NCBI GenBank assembly: GCA_963806465.1
Contig: CAWDZD010000051.1
Location: 32,810-96,809, forward strand
Length of the DNA: 64,000 nucleotides
From: an uncultured Alphaproteobacteria bacterium
GTDB taxonomy: Bacteria; Pseudomonadota; Alphaproteobacteria; Rhizobiales; Xanthobacteraceae
Direction: 5' to 3'
A program made the position numbers and the translations under genes. Below, in pieces: positions 39,430-49,214 of the stretch (positions are counted from its first letter, which is position 1; each line of letters begins with the position of its first letter). Below the pieces are notes generated by a model. The model was not told the DNA's origin. It saw only the letters and a list, made by a program, of their open reading frames with translations, and made no database searches.

Positions 39430-39855
39430 ATGCAAGTCACCGACGTCCGCGCCGTGATTGCCATCGGTCGCAGCGGTCAGTTCGGCCTCCGCGGCCGTCT
39501 GCCGTGGGAGGGCAATCGCGGCCGCGAATACGTCATCGATGTCGAGCGTTTCTTCGAGTTGACGCGCGGGCACGTTCTCATCATGGGTCACCGCACCTTC
39601 ATCTCCGTCCCGGACTTTGCCTTCAAGGACCGCGACATCATCGAGATTCATACCTCCGACAGGCCGGCTGACGTGCTGGCGCGTTTTCCGCGCCGCATCG
39701 TTTTCATTGGCGGCGGCCCGCCCGTATACGCGGCCTATGCGCCCTTCATCCGCCATTGGGACATCAACCGGCTGCCTTATGACGGTGAGGCTGACCGTTG
39801 GTTCGATCCCGCTTGGCTGGTCGCCGGCGGTACGCGATCACTGTCCGGGGTTTGA
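39430..39855 (+). CDS. Dihydrofolate reductase-like protein (141 aa)
   Basis: GGAAGG SD. AVIAIGRSGQFGLRGRLPWE...FFELTRGHVLIMGHRTFISV...IVFIGGGPPVY follows the DHFR pattern (IAA..G.IG....LPW / vIMGRKTy.S / viGG). Confidence 0.65.
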   Translation: MQVTDVRAVIAIGRSGQFGLRGRLPWEGNRGREYVIDVERFFELTRGHVLIMGHRTFISVPDFAFKDRDIIEIHTSDRPADVLARFPRRIVFIGGGPPVYAAYAPFIRHWDINRLPYDGEADRWFDPAWLVAGGTRSLSGV

Positions 39856-40106
39856 TATCCTTGTCTACCTCGTCCTCATCATCGAGGGGTTCTAACTCCT
39901 CCTCGAAAATGCCTTCTGGCGGCGATACCGCCGGGCATCGTTTCGCCGGCCACAGCGATAGTTCGCCACCGCGGCTTCAAGCTGCGCGCGAAGCGCAGCC
40001 TTGCTCGGTGTGGTCATGAAGGTCCCCCGACCCTGAGGCGACTCGATAAGCCGCCCCCTGCAATCAACCCCGGCCCCGAAACGGGGCAGTGTTAGGGTTA
40101 GACTCG

Positions 40107-40139
40107 CGCGCAAATGCGCTTGTGTCAAACAGTGCCACG
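40107..40139 (+). repeat. Island repeat family, copy 3 (part 2 only)
   Basis: gcgcaaatgcgcttgtgtcaaacagtgccacg. Confidence 0.75.
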
Positions 40140-40271
40140 ATGCATTGGAGGGAGTGCCGACCTGATGAGCCGTTTCCAGGAAGGCCAAAGAGAATGCATA
40201 GACGAACCTTCCTGCGCCTTCGGGCCCGAGCGGAAGCGGCGATGTCCGGTAGATGAAGTTATAGGGTAGTG

Positions 40272-40316
40272 ACTTTTACAAGGTCTTTATTGCGAACCGT
40301 GTCAATCAGTGCCGTG
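40272..40316 (+). repeat. Island repeat family, copy 4 (part 1 only)
   Basis: cttttacaaggtctttattgcgaaccgtgtcaatcagtgccgtg. Confidence 0.8.
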
Positions 40317-40421
40317 ACCGATCATGTTTGGAGCGTGGCGGACATGGTCGCTATGAGGTGGCCGAACCGGCTCCAGCGAAACGCGGAGCGTATCGAAAAC
40401 GGGCAGCGTAGGGAGAGAAGT

Positions 40422-40721
40422 ATGCGTCTGAAACGAATAGGCGATGCCGCAGGCCGCGACGAATGGTCGGATTCAGCCGATTATAGTTCTAGCAGCCCCT
40501 ATCGCGGTGACCTCGATGACGGCCAGCGTGTATATAACCATTTCAGTAATTTTGGCTCGGGCTTGCAGAACACAAATCTTTTTAGAGTGTCATTGGAGTG
40601 GTCAGACGTGGAGGCAATCATTGCGGCCTTCGTCGAAATGGGGCATCCCAAAGCCGCACGCCTAGAACGCGCAAAAAGGCTTAGCACGGCGGTTGAACAG
40701 ATTGCCCAAAATTCAAATTGA
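40422..40721 (+). CDS. Hypothetical protein (99 aa) sitting between repeat part 1 and part 2
   Basis: ATG 40422 follows GGGAGAGAAG. MRLKRIGDAAGRDEWSDSADYSSSSPYRGDLDDGQRVYNHF... Confidence 0.5.
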   Translation: MRLKRIGDAAGRDEWSDSADYSSSSPYRGDLDDGQRVYNHFSNFGSGLQNTNLFRVSLEWSDVEAIIAAFVEMGHPKAARLERAKRLSTAVEQIAQNSN

Positions 40722-40740
40722 GGCGCTACCCGCGGCAGCG

Positions 40741-40788
40741 TAAATGCGTTTGTGTCAAACGGTGCCGGCGTCGATCAGTGCCAAAGCG
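40741..40788 (+). repeat. Island repeat family, copy 5 (parts 2 and 3)
   Basis: taaatgcgtttgtgtcaaacggtgccggcgtcgatcagtgccaaagcg. Confidence 0.8.
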
Positions 40789-40838
40789 TGAAACAACCCA
40801 GCCCGCAACCACCAACCGCCGGTTTTGGAGTATGGTGC

Positions 40839-40963
40839 AAGCCGTCCATCGATCAGGCCCAGGTGGAAAAGCTCAAAGCCGATGGCCTCGGCGCTACCGA
40901 GATTGCCGGCGGCTGAACATTGGCCGTGCTTCGGTCTATCGCGTATTGGCGGACGCCGACTAA
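40839..40963 (+). pseudogene. Remnant of a serine recombinase (resolvase/invertase): C-terminal HTH only, with an internal frameshift
   Basis: KPSIDQAQVEKLKADGLGATEIAGG* in one frame, then RLNIGRASVYRVLADAD* in the next. Together these read ...GATEIARRLNIGRASVYRVL, a typical resolvase HTH. No catalytic N-terminal domain lies upstream. Confidence 0.55.
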
Positions 40964-41205
40964 ATATCGGTTGCCGGTGTCTGAACCGCTTACTGGGTGA
41001 GTGGCAGACTTCCGCTAATCGGACGGCCGGACGGTCCCATCTCATAAGTTATCCACATTTCGTCACGTGTTCGCCATCATCGACAGGAACAAGAACGCCT
41101 TGCATCGTGGGGATGCGGGACTTGGAGTGTGGAACGCGACCACCTTGTGCGTTCCACGCCGCCATTTCGGGGAAGACTTTTGCACCCGGCTTGGAGGAGC
41201 CCCCG

Positions 41206-41298
41206 ATGTTCAAAATGCCCGCATATGATCCGGTCGGAATTGCAATCCTGGGATTTGGTGTCTTGGCCGTGGTGGCTCTGGGATTTGCCTTTTACTGA
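41206..41298 (+). CDS. Possible 30-aa single-TM peptide
   Basis: GGAGGAG SD 6 nt upstream. MFKMPAYDPVGIAILGFGVLAVVALGFAFY. Length alone makes this uncertain. Confidence 0.3.
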   Translation: MFKMPAYDPVGIAILGFGVLAVVALGFAFY

Positions 41299-41349
41299 TC
41301 GGCAAGCCCTTTCCGCTCAATTCGATAAGTCTGCGTAGAGAGTGCCGCT

Positions 41350-41541
41350 ATGCTTCTCCCAATGGACTTCCGGCGTCAGGCGCGCGTGTGCGCGCGCTTA
41401 GCCGAAGACTGCGATGATCGGCACCTAGCCGAGCGCCTCGAAGCAATGGCTTCGGATTTGCTGGCTCAGGCTGGCGCTATCGAAGAGTTGCCCAGTGAAC
41501 GGATCCGATACCAGGAACGAAATTGTTTTGTGCTTTCGTAG
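41350..41541 (+). CDS. Small hypothetical protein (63 aa)
   Basis: FRRQARVCARLAEDCDDRHLAERLEAMASDLLAQA resembles a common small helical rhizobial protein type. Confidence 0.4.
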   Translation: MLLPMDFRRQARVCARLAEDCDDRHLAERLEAMASDLLAQAGAIEELPSERIRYQERNCFVLS

Positions 41542-42044
41542 CCGGCGGTGCGCGGCCTCGCCTGGGACACCGCAAAAGTCCTGAATACGACCCTATGCAC
41601 GGCGCTCGCCCCCGACCGCTTCAAAGCGTAGGGCGGCACTAGTTGCCGGGAACGGGTAGTGAGTCCCTTGAATAAGTCTGCCGAAACGGGCCTCTAGGCC
41701 GCATCTCAAACTGCGCCTATTGTGTTTGCATGGGGCGGGTATTCATTCCCATTTTTTCGGTGCTTGGGGCGGCCACCGTTGCAATCCTATCTGAGGTCGT
41801 CGCGCACAATTGCTTTGGCATCGCTATCGATGCGATCCGCACCGACGCCCTTCGAGCCGCTTGCGCTGTCATTGTTCTAACGTTTGGAATCATAGTGAAG
41901 CGGAACAGGTAATGCCGAACCCTCGCAAACGCCCCAGGGGACTGCTCCCAATCGGCCAAGCTGGTCGTGGACATCGCCACGGGCGAGGTCTCCCATGCTT
42001 GAGAAGCGGGGCAAACACCCCGCGTGTGTCGCGCGTGGCAATGG

Positions 42045-42252
42045 CTACTTTCTGCTTTTGACTCGGTGTTCCTCAAAGCGCCGCAGGTTCGCCTCGAACA
42101 GGCGAAGTGTTCTTTCGGCCTCCAATGTATGCACCCCAGCAGCCCTCAAACGGACTATCAGGCCCTTCTGTTGTTGTGTGATGCGCCGCCCTTCGGCGAC
42201 GAGCTCCTCGGCGCGGCGAAGATTGTTTTCGCTGGTCCGGCTTGTTCTTCAT
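42045..42252 (-). pseudogene. Small coiled-coil protein gene with an apparent frameshift just after its start
   Basis: ATG 42252 gives MKNKPDQRKQ... in one frame. The adjacent frame, which has no start codon, reads SENNLRRAEELVAEGRRITQQQKGLIVRLRAAGVHTLEAERTLRLFEANLRRFEEHRVKSRK*. Confidence 0.4.
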
Positions 42253-42729
42253 GCCGGGTCACGTGATGGTCAAGTTAAGCAAGTCAGCGACAGGCCCTAA
42301 GGATTGATCTGTCTTAGTGTGCGGTGAAACTTTCCTCAGCGAGTTCCGCCAACGTGCTAACGGTGCTCGGTCTCCGGGCGCGGCGATTGCGTCATTCTGG
42401 GTCCTCGTGGCCGTTCTTCTCGCCGGCTGCTCGACAGGCGACGGGGTAGGTTCGTTCATCGTCGATCCCGGTCACTATTCCGTTTATCACTGCGATGGCC
42501 TTGCGGCGCGATTAAAGGTTTTGCTCGCGCGGGAACAGGAAATCGGGCGAGCAAAGGCAGCGGCGTCTTGATCGGAAACCTCGCGTCTCGCGTTGACTAG
42601 GGCGATGCGCGCCTGTAGGGGCGACCTCAGTTTGTGGTATCTGAATATGCTCGTACTTACTTGCTGGAAAGTTCGGAAAAACCTAGTCTCATGCTTGCTA
42701 GACTTGCAACCGCGAGTGCGGAGGTCGTT

Positions 42730-43173
42730 ATGCCGGCGCTGAACGCGGGAATAACACCTCCTGGGCAAGGCGACCGCGACACCGTCTGGAACATCCTGGG
42801 ACAGACCTATTATCTCAAGGAAGTCTGCGATACGTCGTTCGCTTTCGAGGTCGTCGGCGAACCCGGCACCTTCGTGCCGGCGCATATCCACCCGACACAA
42901 GACGAATTCATCTACCTCATCGAAGGCGAGATGGAACTGACGCTCGACGGGCGTCCGCACGGTCTTACCACAGGTGGACTTGCGCGAATGCCCATGGGCG
43001 TTCCGCACAGCTACAAGAACGTCGGCAATAAAACGGTGCACGCCCTGTTCTGGGTTACCCCGACGCGCAAGCTGTATGAATTGTTCACCCGGATTCATAA
43101 TCTCACGGATCCGGTCGAAGTGGTCGCGATCTCGGCCACCTGCGAGGTGAATTTCCTGCGGCCGGCAGCATGA
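42730..43173 (+). CDS. Cupin-domain protein
   Basis: GGAGG SD. GTFVPAHIHPTQDEFIYLIEGEMELTLDG...MPMGVPHSYKN are cupin motifs 1 and 2. Confidence 0.8.
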   Translation: MPALNAGITPPGQGDRDTVWNILGQTYYLKEVCDTSFAFEVVGEPGTFVPAHIHPTQDEFIYLIEGEMELTLDGRPHGLTTGGLARMPMGVPHSYKNVGNKTVHALFWVTPTRKLYELFTRIHNLTDPVEVVAISATCEVNFLRPAA

Positions 43174-43349
43174 GGTCGCACCGGCGCTAGGACGCGATGA
43201 GGCGTGTCTGGCTTGTTCGAAAGCGTCAGCCTGAAATGCAGTCGTCTTAGAAGCGTTTTTCAAAAGCTTCGGCGGTTTTGCGAGTCGCGTTGGGCAGGCG
43301 CAGAACCTCAGGCGGCGCCAATTCAATTTTGCACAAGGGTGTGGACCCC

Positions 43350-44496
43350 ATGTACTGGCGCGTCGCGCTGCTGGTCTTGTTGACCACGAGCGTACTACAA
43401 GCCAAGGCCGAGCCGCCCGACGAGCAAGCACTACGTCTGCTCAATCACTACCGCCAGCTCGCCGGGCTGACGCCGGTCAAGCTCGATCGAAAGCTCAGTG
43501 CGGGATGCATGGAGCATGCAAATTACATGCTGCAGAACCAAGGCACCGACGCGATGGTTGGGCTCAATCCTCACACCCAGCGGTCGAGCCTGCCTGGCGC
43601 GAGCGCCGCAGGTGCGGCATGTGCGAAGGCGGCCGATCTGTTCCCCAGGGTCTCCGATCTCGGCGTCGCGATCGACGTCTGGATGGCCGGCATGTACCAC
43701 CGCCGCCCGATGCTCGATCCCCAACTCGAGCGGATCGGCGTCGGTTATGCCCGCCTTCCCGATGGGATGCTGACGGCCGCGTTGAGGTTCGAAAACGCCA
43801 GGCGCAGGGCCGGTACCTGGCCCGTCGCGTATCCTGCGGACAAGCAGACAGACGTTCCACTAGATTATGGCGCCGAATTCCCCAACCCGATCCCCAACCA
43901 AGGCACCGGAGGCTATGCGATCACGCTACAGTTTCCACCGTTCGATAAGGTCACCGACGTTACTGCGAAGCTCACCGATGCCAAGGGCAACCCCGTTCAG
44001 TTTTTCCTTTCTGATCCTGAACATCCGGCAACGTCGTTCGGCCAGTTCGGCCTGATCTGCCTCATTCCGAAGCTGTCACTCCAGGCACAGAATGCATACA
44101 TCATCCGGATCGATGCAACTTGGAACGGCAAACCCGGCACCTGGACATGGAGCTTCTCGACGGTCTCGCTGCGCGGGATCGAAGCGTCCGATGATCGCGC
44201 GGTCGCCGGCGCGATAAATGTCGCGAAGTCTGGTCCACGGCACAGTCGGTTTCGGCGGGATGAGGAACGGCGAGACGGTTTTCCTTCAACTCGCCGCGGG
44301 CGAAGGGAGCCGTTACAAGATGCTGTCGGTGATCATCCCGATCGCCGTGTGGCGGCAGATCGCTGGGACCGCCGAGCCTGGATCGTTCAAGGGCAAGATC
44401 ATCGAAGTGCAAACGACGCCGCAAGTCGTCAAGGGTAATTACGTAAACATGACGATCTCGGCCGCCACGCAGCTTCGTGTTGTCGCTGCGCGGTGA
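43350..44496 (+). pseudogene. Secreted CAP/SCP (PR-1-like) domain protein, apparently frame-disrupted near 44215-44230
   Basis: Signal MYWRVALLVLLTTSVLQAKA, then LLNHYRQLAGLTPVKLD...CMEHANYM...WMAGMYHRRPML. After ...AINVAKS the frame turns Arg-rich. The +1 frame (ORF 44218..44496) reads plausibly: SLVHGTVGFGGMRNGETVFLQL... Two separate genes remain possible because a TAA precedes ATG 44218. Confidence 0.55.
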
Positions 44497-45351
44497 TTAA
44501 GCGCTCGCGACTGAACAAAGCGCGCATCGCGAGGCTAACCCGGAATCACGTGCCTCAACCGAACCCCGGAAGCGGATTTGCTGCTAGTCGCGCGCCTTGA
44601 TCTCCCGCGTCAAGATGCCGTGCTCGTCGACTACCAATCGCCGATCCTCATCCTGATCGCGGGCGACATGCCCTGGTTGCCGCCGGCTCGCTCAGCGCGC
44701 AGTCGATGCCTGAGTCGCAAGCGCTCGATCTCTAGCTCAACTAACAAATCGGAATCGTAAGTCATGACCCGTCCCCCGACGATGCCGAGTCCCAGCCTTC
44801 GCCCAAAACGTGGCGACGAGTGGGCGAGATCTGGGCAGCGGCGTGGACAATTGGGCGCATGAAGTCAAGTCAAGAACCGAGAGCAAGCATCAGGCCGCCG
44901 CGCGGAGCACAATCACGTTGAGCGTGACCGCACAACGAAAGACTGAGATATACGTCCTAGTTCGGGACGAGCGGGCCTCAAGCATCTTCTTGAGGATTGT
45001 GCGCGCCTGCTCAGATTTCAAACGAGAACGGTTCGTGCTGCTTCGACTTACCCTCAAGCTTTTGCTTCAGCTCATTGGCCTCAGCAAAGATCGCATCGAT
45101 AATCTTCTGTCGTTCAGCTTCCGTGGATTCATTGGTTGGCGCTGCTAGATTGCCGATCCTGCGAATCGCAATGAGCGCTTATCGACACGCCGTGGTGCCA
45201 ACCGCAGAAAGCGCTCCCGTCGTGACTCACGTCCGGATTCAGTAAACAAATTGCTAGCTGCTCCCGTTGCCTGCTCCATCCTACGAATCGACCTTGAACG
45301 CATCCGGTGGCGAATTACGAAAAAGGAGTCGGATGTCTGCCCTTGGACCTG

Positions 45352-45810
45352 TCATTCCTTCTTTGGGTATTTGCCGACGAAGATCACCGCACGACCCGCG
45401 GCAACGTCATGACTGATTGGGTTGAAGGATAGCTCGATTTCGCCGTGTGTCGCCGCAGCGAGCGCATCCAACACTTTGAGCGCGTCTGAAATATTATCGG
45501 AGGTGACCTCTATGCCCTCATCGAGAGCTTTTTCTGGCACGGGACTAATGACGCTCTCGACCCCAGCGAACCGTGCCGCGTCATCAATGTCCTGCGCGAA
45601 GCCGAAACAGTCGCAGTCCATATAGGTCGCAATAGCTTCACCTGGGGACTTTGGAATCGCTTTTAGCTTCTGCCCGAGTACTGTCTTCTGTTGATCGGTG
45701 AGACGCGGCCATGACTGCGCGCTATCTGCAGAGGCTCTACTGCATCGCGACAAACTGATCGCGATCACAATGCCGGTGAGCAGAGCCAAGATGGTCCAGA
45801 ATTTTCGCAT
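45352..45810 (-). CDS. Membrane-anchored/exported hypothetical protein (152 aa)
   Basis: Start trimmed to ATG 45810. MRKFWTILALLTGIVIAISLSRC. Confidence 0.55.
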   Translation of the reverse strand: MRKFWTILALLTGIVIAISLSRCSRASADSAQSWPRLTDQQKTVLGQKLKAIPKSPGEAIATYMDCDCFGFAQDIDDAARFAGVESVISPVPEKALDEGIEVTSDNISDALKVLDALAAATHGEIELSFNPISHDVAAGRAVIFVGKYPKKE

Positions 45811-46277
45811 GTGACGATCAGGTCGGAGCCATTTTGCGCATCGGGCGCATCTCGGCTCCGGCGGCCTTCTTCGTCCGATCCCGTTCTTCAGCAAGCGACA
45901 TCGACGCCTAGTTAGCTTGATTTTGCGCGATGGTCGGGGCGTTTTGGCATTAAGGTTTATGGAGGCTCGGATGCTGTCAGTAGCGGTGTTTGAGCGCCAA
46001 TTCCCCGGTTGCGGACGAGGCAATCGCATGAGGGCAACCATTAGCAACACTTAGGTGGTCACGCGACTTTGCGCGAGCCGCACACGTCGAGAGCCAGCGG
46101 ACGTGACTACCGCGCCGTGTGTGCGAGATTGATGGCGGGAGGGTTTATCGAGGGTGTGTCGATGTCCGCCAGTTCTAGCCGACATCCATTCTTGTCGATA
46201 AATCAACTCTAAGCTGATCGCACAGCCGGCATCTACGGACGATATTCATCCGACCCATTTTGGTTTAAAATGTCCTT

Positions 46278-46940
46278 ATGAAAATCAGGCTCGGGGGTTT
46301 TCCCTGCCGGCAAATGCGGGTCGTGCGGGGTCTAACGTATGCTGTGCTGCTGATACTTGCCGCCTGCGTAGGCGGGACGACCAGCGCCGGCATTTATACG
46401 ATGCCGTGGGACCAACAGCGAGGGCCTAATCCCGTCTTCGCCCGCCAGGTCGTCGCCTACCCGACGCACGAGCCGCCGGGAACGATCATCATCGATCCGG
46501 CCAGTCATTTTCTCTACTTCATCCACGATGCCGGACAAGCCATTCGCTATGGCGTGGGCGTCGGGAGGGAAGGCTTTGTCTGGTCCGGGCGTGCGACAGT
46601 CCACAGCAAGCAGGAATGGCCCGACTGGTACCCGCCTGCGGAAATGTTGGTTCGCAAGCCGGAGCTCAGACAGTACATGGCGCAAATGCCGGGAGGTCTT
46701 GGAATGAAAGGCGGTCCCGAAAACCCACTTGGCGCCCGCGCCATGTACCTTTATTCCGGCAACAAGGACACCCTATACCGCATCCACGGCACCAATGAAC
46801 CCTGGACCATTGGCACCAACGTCTCGTCCGGCTGTATCCGCCTGACGAACGAGGACATCGTTGATCTCTACAACCGCACGCCAATCGGCGCGAAAGTCAT
46901 CGTGTTCGGGACCGGCAACCCGGTCGCCGCTGGGCAATAG
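46278..46940 (+). CDS. L,D-transpeptidase (YkuD/ErfK family)
   Basis: IRYGVGVGREGFVWSG..., YRIHGTNEPWTIGTNVSSGCIRLTNEDIVDLY (catalytic HG...SxGCIR). Confidence 0.9.
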   Translation: MKIRLGGFPCRQMRVVRGLTYAVLLILAACVGGTTSAGIYTMPWDQQRGPNPVFARQVVAYPTHEPPGTIIIDPASHFLYFIHDAGQAIRYGVGVGREGFVWSGRATVHSKQEWPDWYPPAEMLVRKPELRQYMAQMPGGLGMKGGPENPLGARAMYLYSGNKDTLYRIHGTNEPWTIGTNVSSGCIRLTNEDIVDLYNRTPIGAKVIVFGTGNPVAAGQ

Positions 46941-47370
46941 GGCCGCCGCTGTCACGCGGCGTGAGCGGCCGCAGCTATGCGCCGACTGGTGGCCATTCTG
47001 CTCGAAAGGGACTTCGCCCGAATTCAGGCAAAGTGTTTCAGCGTGGTGTCCATGACGATGTAGAAGGACTACGCGACTAATCCCGCGGCGATCGTGGCCT
47101 CGACGCTTAGCGCTTAAACGCGATCCGACCGAGGAAGGGTGGCTGCCGCGCCCGGCACCGGGTCACATCGCAACCTTGCCGGCGAGGGGAAGCACCGTCA
47201 TGGCTTGTCTCCCGCGAACAATCGATATCGTCTCATACGATATCCTTCCTTTGTTAGCGTGTGCACTTCGGCCGGCGTCTGCAGCGTCACCAGCAGAAGG
47301 ATCATTGCGCGTGAGAAGTGTCAGCTTGCTGAAACAGTGCCACTAGTCCCCCACCGGGGGGATACGCCAG

Positions 47371-47464
47371 CTTTGGCACTGATCGGCACCGGCACTGTTT
47401 GACACAAACGCATTTGCGCACGTGGCACTGATTGACACAGTTCGCACGAAGGATCGTGCAAAAG
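47371..47464 (-). repeat. Island repeat family, copy 6 (complete unit: parts 1, 2 and 3)
   Basis: The minus strand reads CTTTTGCACGATCCTTCGTGCGAACTGTGTCAATCAGTGCCACGTGCGCAAATGCGTTTGTGTCAAACAGTGCCGGTGCCGATCAGTGCCAAAG. It starts right after the stop codon of paralog B. Confidence 0.85.
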
Positions 47465-47920
47465 TCACTCCCCGTTGATCCCCGATTGATCGACGCCGGG
47501 TATCGGCTGATTCGCTATTCCACCGGCCGGGGCCGGCAGCGCCTGCAAGTCGATTAGCCCGGCCGAGATCAGTATTTCCAGTCGCTTCATGATCTCCGCC
47601 CGTAGCTCTTCCGCCGTCGCATCGTCCCTGAAATGCACAGGATTGTTCGGATCCCCGAGTATCTTCGTCGCCGTCAGTTTCGAATGTCGAAAAGGTGCCG
47701 CCAAAACCGCAAGATGTGCCGCATCCCGGTAATCCTGGTCTATCTGCTCGGCTTTGCGCCCCTTGCGCGGTTCAAGCGCCCGCCGAAAGAAATAGGATGC
47801 CGCCACCTCGATCATATAAAGCGTGTCAAAGATTTCGCTCGGATCACGCAGTTTTCCGGCTTTCGCCTCGGCCTCGCGAACCAGCGTGCGGCGATTTTTG
47901 GCGCCCTTCGGTCGACCCAT
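47465..47920 (-). CDS. Hypothetical protein, paralog B (151 aa; MGRPKGxxN N-terminus)
   Basis: Start trimmed to ATG 47920. See 35195..35653. Confidence 0.7.
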   Translation of the reverse strand: MGRPKGAKNRRTLVREAEAKAGKLRDPSEIFDTLYMIEVAASYFFRRALEPRKGRKAEQIDQDYRDAAHLAVLAAPFRHSKLTATKILGDPNNPVHFRDDATAEELRAEIMKRLEILISAGLIDLQALPAPAGGIANQPIPGVDQSGINGE

Positions 47921-48368
47921 GATATTTCCGTCCGGAAAACAGTGATTGTTCAATAGAGCTTGCGGATAGATACGATATTTTTGGAGTATTTTGGAGGAGC
48001 GAAATTGAGCGCGAGGCCGGGAAGGCGAACTATACGACTGTCATTTTGAAGACGCTGGTCTCGGGAGTAGGGCCTCGGAGTTGATGTGTGGAAACCTCGG
48101 ACTGCGCGGACTTTGTCGGCCTTGCTCGAACAGCTTGTCGTCCGAGTCACTGACAATCACTGCGGCAACGTCTGGAATTTGGGGGGGCAAAGCAGAAGTG
48201 CATGGCGCGCGCTCAAAACGTCGCTGATGCCCTTTTTGGATATCGGCGACTACTAGAATGATGCTGGGCCCGCCGGTTGTCGAGGTCTCACTTCGGGCGA
48301 TACATTTGGTGCTTACGATATTTCGCCCTATCGTCCGAGCGTAAAACTGAAGCGGTAGGAAATGCACG

Positions 48369-49214
48369 ATGCGTCTGCACAGGGCTGTTGCGCGGTTGCG
48401 CGTTGTCGGGATCGCTATCTGCGTCACAATCTGTACTCTGCAGTCGGATGCGCAGGAGGTGTTATCTCAGCCCACCGCCGCCCCCGACCTGCAGTCGATT
48501 ATCGATGCAAAGCGTCTGCGAGTGGCCGTTACACAATTTGATCTGCCGTCTTTCCACACGCACCGACCAGACGGCACACTCGTCGGCGCAGAGATCGAAA
48601 TTGCCCAACAAATTGGGCAGGCGTTAGGGGTGAGGGTCGAATTCATTCAAGATGCTGATTCATTTGACGCTGTGGTGGATTTGGTTGCGACAGAGCGCGC
48701 CGACATTGGCATCAGCAAGTTATCCCAAACCTACCGTCGTTTGCACCGCGTTCGATTTTCCGAACCTTACGTCACTCTTCGCCACGCGCTGCTATTTAAT
48801 CGTGCGGCGATCGCCCGGGAGGCAAATGGGCGGCCGCCGGCCGCCGTTTTGCAACGGTACCGGGGCCGGATCGGGGTTATTGCTGGCAGCGCCTACGTCG
48901 ATTTTGCCATGACCAATTTCCCCGAGGCGAGCGTAGTAAAAGCGCCCACGTGGGACGATGTGGTCACGAGCTTGTTGGCTGGACAGGTTGATGCCATTTA
49001 CCGCGACGAATTCGAGATTCGGCGTATTGTCAAGATTAGCCCGGCGCTCAACGTACAATTTGGTACGGCAGCGATAACCGACCAAAATGCTCTGCTGTCG
49101 ATTGCCATCTGCGATACGTGCTCCAAGCTGCAGGAACTCATCAACTATCATCTTGGGCGAACCAAAAACAACATTACGTCGAAAACGTTGCTTGAGTCTG
49201 ACGCACGCAAATGA
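48369..49214 (+). CDS. Periplasmic amino-acid-type solute-binding protein (SBP family 3)
   Basis: Signal-like N-terminus. LRVAVTQFDLPSFH...GAEIEIAQQIGQALGV...DAVVDLVATERADIGISKLS...GQVDAIYRDE. Confidence 0.85.
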   Translation: MRLHRAVARLRVVGIAICVTICTLQSDAQEVLSQPTAAPDLQSIIDAKRLRVAVTQFDLPSFHTHRPDGTLVGAEIEIAQQIGQALGVRVEFIQDADSFDAVVDLVATERADIGISKLSQTYRRLHRVRFSEPYVTLRHALLFNRAAIAREANGRPPAAVLQRYRGRIGVIAGSAYVDFAMTNFPEASVVKAPTWDDVVTSLLAGQVDAIYRDEFEIRRIVKISPALNVQFGTAAITDQNALLSIAICDTCSKLQELINYHLGRTKNNITSKTLLESDARK

